Shown: piece by piece, positions 43,459 to 46,309 of the stretch | How the letters are laid out: the number at the start of each line of letters is the position of its first letter | Numbering within the stretch: position 1 is the first letter of the stretch | NCBI GenBank assembly: GCA_964616615.1 | Contig: CAZTRJ010000004.1 | Span: 1-46,309, forward strand | DNA: 46,309 bases | Direction: 5' to 3' | DNA from: an uncultured Dehalococcoidales bacterium | GTDB lineage: Bacteria; Chloroflexota; Dehalococcoidia; Dehalococcoidales; DAOVUZ01 | The notes under the pieces: model-generated | What the model was told of the DNA's origin: nothing | Databases searched by the model: none | What the model saw: only the letters and a program-made list of their open reading frames with translations | Made by a program: the position numbers and the translations under genes

Positions 43459-45849
43459 GTGCCACTTATTTATCTTAGTTGCGCCTGGGTGGCTGGTATC
43501 ATTTTGGGGTCAGAGTTTAATCTCCCCTTAGCCCTCATTCTTGTCGGACTTGCTCCCCTCCCCCTGCTTTTCCTCCTCGGTCAACATAAGAAACTGATAA
43601 TCCTGACCAGTTTGTGTCTCATTGCCCTCTTTGGTGGCGCCTTCTGCTTTCAGTCAAGCCTTCCCCCTGATGACGAGAGTTCACTCCAGTTTTACAACGA
43701 CGAAACCGTCGAAATCAAAGGGATAGTCAATACCGACCCTGAGGTTAGAGAGAATACTACCCACCTCCGCTTGTCAGCTACCGAAATAAAACTGGACAAT
43801 GGGTGGCAAGAGGTATCAGGAACGGCTCTGCTGTTCGTCCCCCGCTACCCTAGCTATGACTATGGTGATGTGCTTCTGGTAACCGGAAAACTGGAGACAC
43901 CGCCCCAGCTCAATGACTTTGATTATAAAGATTATTTGGCACACCAGGGAATCTACTCCACTATGCTCTACCCTGAAATAGAAATTTTAGAGACGGGGAA
44001 GGGCTTTAAGCCCCTGGAGTGGGTTTACTCACTAAGAAACCAACTGTCCCAAACCCTGGCTGAAGTCTTGCCTGAGCCACAGGCATCACTGGCTCAGGGT
44101 ATTATTTTAGGCATTCGGGGCAATATCCCGTCATCACTCCAAACCGACTTTTCTAACACCGGTACCGCTCACCTACTGGCTATCTCCGGTCTCCACCTCG
44201 CTATCGTGGCTGGCATGATACTCAGCATCGGTATCTGGCTCTGGGGCAAGAGACATTATATTTATATCTGGCTGGCATTAGGCATAATCTGGCTCTACGC
44301 CCTACTCACCGGTATGAACCCGCCAGTGGTCAGGGGCGCCATTATGGCTAGCCTGTTCCTCACTGCCGAACTTTTAGGCAGACAGCGTAGTGCGTTCACT
44401 GCCCTCGCCTTTGCCGCCGCCATTATGGTAGGCATCAGCCCTCAAATACTATGGACTGCCTCCTTCCAGATGAGTTTCACCGCTATGGCGGGCTTAATCT
44501 TCCTTACCCCTACTTTCCGAGCCATAGGCAGGAAAGCGGTTAATGCCACTCTGGGTGAAGACGGGGCAGCCGTATCCATAGCCAATATTGTTACTGACAG
44601 CTTCAGTGTAACCCTGGGGGCAATCATAGCTGTCTGGCCACTTGTTGCCCATTACTTCGGCATTGTTTCGTTTGTTGCTCCTCTGGCTACACTCCTTGCC
44701 CTGCCCGCACTGCCTGGCATCATTATCACCGGGGTGCTAGCTGGCGGCTTGGGACTTATTGTCCTACCCCTAGCTCAGGTAGTAGCCTGGTCAGCCTGGC
44801 TCTTCCTGTCATATATGCTACTGGTGGTTAATGTTTTTGCCACTCTGCCCCTCTCATCTATTGAGCTAAGCTCAGTTGATACTACCCTGATATGGGTTTA
44901 CTATTTAGCCCTTGCCACAGCTATCTGGCTCAATAGCAAGCGGAGGAAACTGGCTAACCCCATGCCCAAAGTCGTTGATTTTGTTTCCAGGATACCTAAG
45001 AAATGGGTTATCCCACCGCTACTGGTGGTAGCTATTCTGGTAGTGGTGGCGGCGGCCACTATGCCCGATGATAAGCTCCATATAAGCTTCCTCGATGTCG
45101 GGCAGGGAGATGCCATCCTGCTCCAGAAAGGAAATCAGCAGGTTCTGGTTGATGGTGGACCCAGTCCGCAAGCGATAAGCCTGGGTCTAGGCAACAAAAT
45201 GCCCTTCTGGGATAGAACCATAGACCTAGTGATATTGACTCACCCCAGCGCCGACCATGTCACCGGCCTGGTAGAGGTTCTACAGAGATATAAGGTCAAG
45301 CAAGTGCTTTACCCTGATTTAGATTTTGAGTCCGATATATACGACGAGTGGCTCAGGGTTATTGAGGAGAAGGATATTGAATGCACCATAGCTCAAGCTG
45401 GACAGCAGATTGAATTAGGTGAAGAGGTAGTGATAAAGGTGCTCAACCCTCAGATACCCCTGTTAACCGGCACCGAGTCCGATATAGACAATAATGGTGT
45501 GGTATTACATATAAGTATGGGCGAGGTGAGCTTCCTGCTTACTGCTGATACCATGTGGGAAGCAGAATTTGAGCTTATTGCCCGCAGAGCCAATTTAACC
45601 AGCACCGTGCTCAAGGTTGGCCACCAGGGCTCTGATACTTCTACCAGCCAAGAATTCCTGTCAGTGGTCAACCCCCAACTCGCCGTTATCTCGGTAGGCG
45701 AAGGTAACCCCTACGGTCACCCCACGGATGAGGTTATAGAGAGACTCGAGGAAAAACTAGGCTCGGAAAATATATACCGCACCGATAGGCACGGGACAAT
45801 AGAGCTCATCACCGACGGGGAGAGGCTGTGGGTGAAGGCAGAGGAATAA
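43459..45849 (+). CDS. comEC: ComEC/Rec2 DNA internalisation channel with a C-terminal metallo-beta-lactamase domain
   Basis: 796 aa. Competence domain (TGTAHLLAISGLHLAIV) and MBL domain (FLDVGQGDAILL...LTHPSADHVTG). Confidence 0.9.
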   Translation: MPLIYLSCAWVAGIILGSEFNLPLALILVGLAPLPLLFLLGQHKKLIILTSLCLIALFGGAFCFQSSLPPDDESSLQFYNDETVEIKGIVNTDPEVRENTTHLRLSATEIKLDNGWQEVSGTALLFVPRYPSYDYGDVLLVTGKLETPPQLNDFDYKDYLAHQGIYSTMLYPEIEILETGKGFKPLEWVYSLRNQLSQTLAEVLPEPQASLAQGIILGIRGNIPSSLQTDFSNTGTAHLLAISGLHLAIVAGMILSIGIWLWGKRHYIYIWLALGIIWLYALLTGMNPPVVRGAIMASLFLTAELLGRQRSAFTALAFAAAIMVGISPQILWTASFQMSFTAMAGLIFLTPTFRAIGRKAVNATLGEDGAAVSIANIVTDSFSVTLGAIIAVWPLVAHYFGIVSFVAPLATLLALPALPGIIITGVLAGGLGLIVLPLAQVVAWSAWLFLSYMLLVVNVFATLPLSSIELSSVDTTLIWVYYLALATAIWLNSKRRKLANPMPKVVDFVSRIPKKWVIPPLLVVAILVVVAAATMPDDKLHISFLDVGQGDAILLQKGNQQVLVDGGPSPQAISLGLGNKMPFWDRTIDLVILTHPSADHVTGLVEVLQRYKVKQVLYPDLDFESDIYDEWLRVIEEKDIECTIAQAGQQIELGEEVVIKVLNPQIPLLTGTESDIDNNGVVLHISMGEVSFLLTADTMWEAEFELIARRANLTSTVLKVGHQGSDTSTSQEFLSVVNPQLAVISVGEGNPYGHPTDEVIERLEEKLGSENIYRTDRHGTIELITDGERLWVKAEE

Positions 45850-45919
45850 GATTTTACATTGATAATCCAAGCAGTCCGGTAGTATACTTCCTAAATAGAG
45901 TAGTAACAGAGGTGGTTAT

Positions 45920-46153
45920 ATGAAGACCTTTCAAGTTATCCGAAGTGGCATTCTCTTCGAGCTTCAATCTGAATCCGAAGGAGGATACACAATAACTGTT
46001 CCCTCTCTCCCCGGGTGCATATCCTACGGCGAAAGCTTTGAGAAAGCTATGGAGCTAATAAAAGATGCCATGGAGGGTTGGTTGGCTGTAGACAGAGAAG
46101 AAGGGGTGCCTATACCAGAGCAGTTTGAATCTATTGAAGTTGCTGCTATTTAG
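45920..46153 (+). CDS. hicB: HicB-family antitoxin
   Basis: EGGYTITVPSLPGCISYGESFEKAMELIKDAMEGWL. Confidence 0.75.
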   Translation: MKTFQVIRSGILFELQSESEGGYTITVPSLPGCISYGESFEKAMELIKDAMEGWLAVDREEGVPIPEQFESIEVAAI

Positions 46154-46165
46154 AGATTACGCCTC

Positions 46166-46309
46166 ATGAAACAAGAACTACCAGTATTGAAACCCAGGCA
46201 GGTGGTGGCAGCTTTGGAAAAAGCAGGCTTTGAACTAAGAAGGCAAACAGGTAGTCATATGATTATGTATAAAACTAGTATTCGCTACCCTATTTCTATA
46301 CCCCTGCAT
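46166..46309 (+). CDS. hicA: HicA-family mRNA-interferase toxin, truncated by the window edge
   Basis: MKQELPVLKPRQVVAALEKAGFELRRQTGSHMIMYKTSIRYPISIPLH... is open to the last base. Confidence 0.7.
   Translation, partial: MKQELPVLKPRQVVAALEKAGFELRRQTGSHMIMYKTSIRYPISIPLH

Overview
A 46.3-kb chromosomal segment from what looks like a strictly anaerobic bacterium, with mid-range GC, SD-type ribosome-binding sites and many GTG/TTG starts. No rRNA genes, CRISPR array, transposase, integrase or reverse transcriptase were seen.

Layout, left to right:
- 1-4506: CoA-transferase (partial), then a reverse-strand STAS / TPP-enzyme / 5TM-LytS operon, then SnoaL-like and PAS proteins.
- 4648-10772: a redox and Fe-S island. 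It holds a Crp/Fnr regulator with two FNR-type palindromes, Zn-ribbon and ferredoxin genes, two erythrin-like diiron proteins, a minimal SufCB pair, and a flavin-reductase/rubredoxin (Hrb-type) gene broken by an in-frame TAA.
- 10983-19559: a 14-gene, single-strand cluster for an unidentified metallocluster. It runs DUF134, DUF5320 and Zn-ribbon mini-proteins, NifX-like x2, 4Fe-4S MinD-type ATPases x2, Mrp, IscU-like, MobB, radical SAM, ferredoxin, DUF89. I consider this the best candidate for an undescribed system.
- 19696-22586: a methyltransferase and a J-domain protein, then a reverse-strand degenerate anti-sigma / small protein / SigB-F-G-type sigma operon. The sigma gene carries an in-frame TAA.
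- 22751-22830: an 80-bp, 10-bp-phased array containing three perfect DnaA boxes.
- 23362-29387: a TSUP permease and partner, then a run of small, highly charged orphan proteins, an SDF-like permease and a wHTH protein.
- 29403-36589: a dense two-component hub with several decayed or atypical receiver domains and a 67-bp perfect direct repeat. tRNA-Arg(UCG) and tRNA-His(GUG) lie here.
- 36943-46309: housekeeping and competence genes (GNAT, mtaB, fabF, recJ, comEA, comEC). An AT-rich orphan ORF is wedged between GNAT and mtaB, and a hicBA pair sits at the right edge.

Recurrent theme: three otherwise intact reading frames are each interrupted by exactly one in-frame TAA. There are also several gene relics.

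Limits: all family assignments are motif-level readings of the translations. No database search was run.
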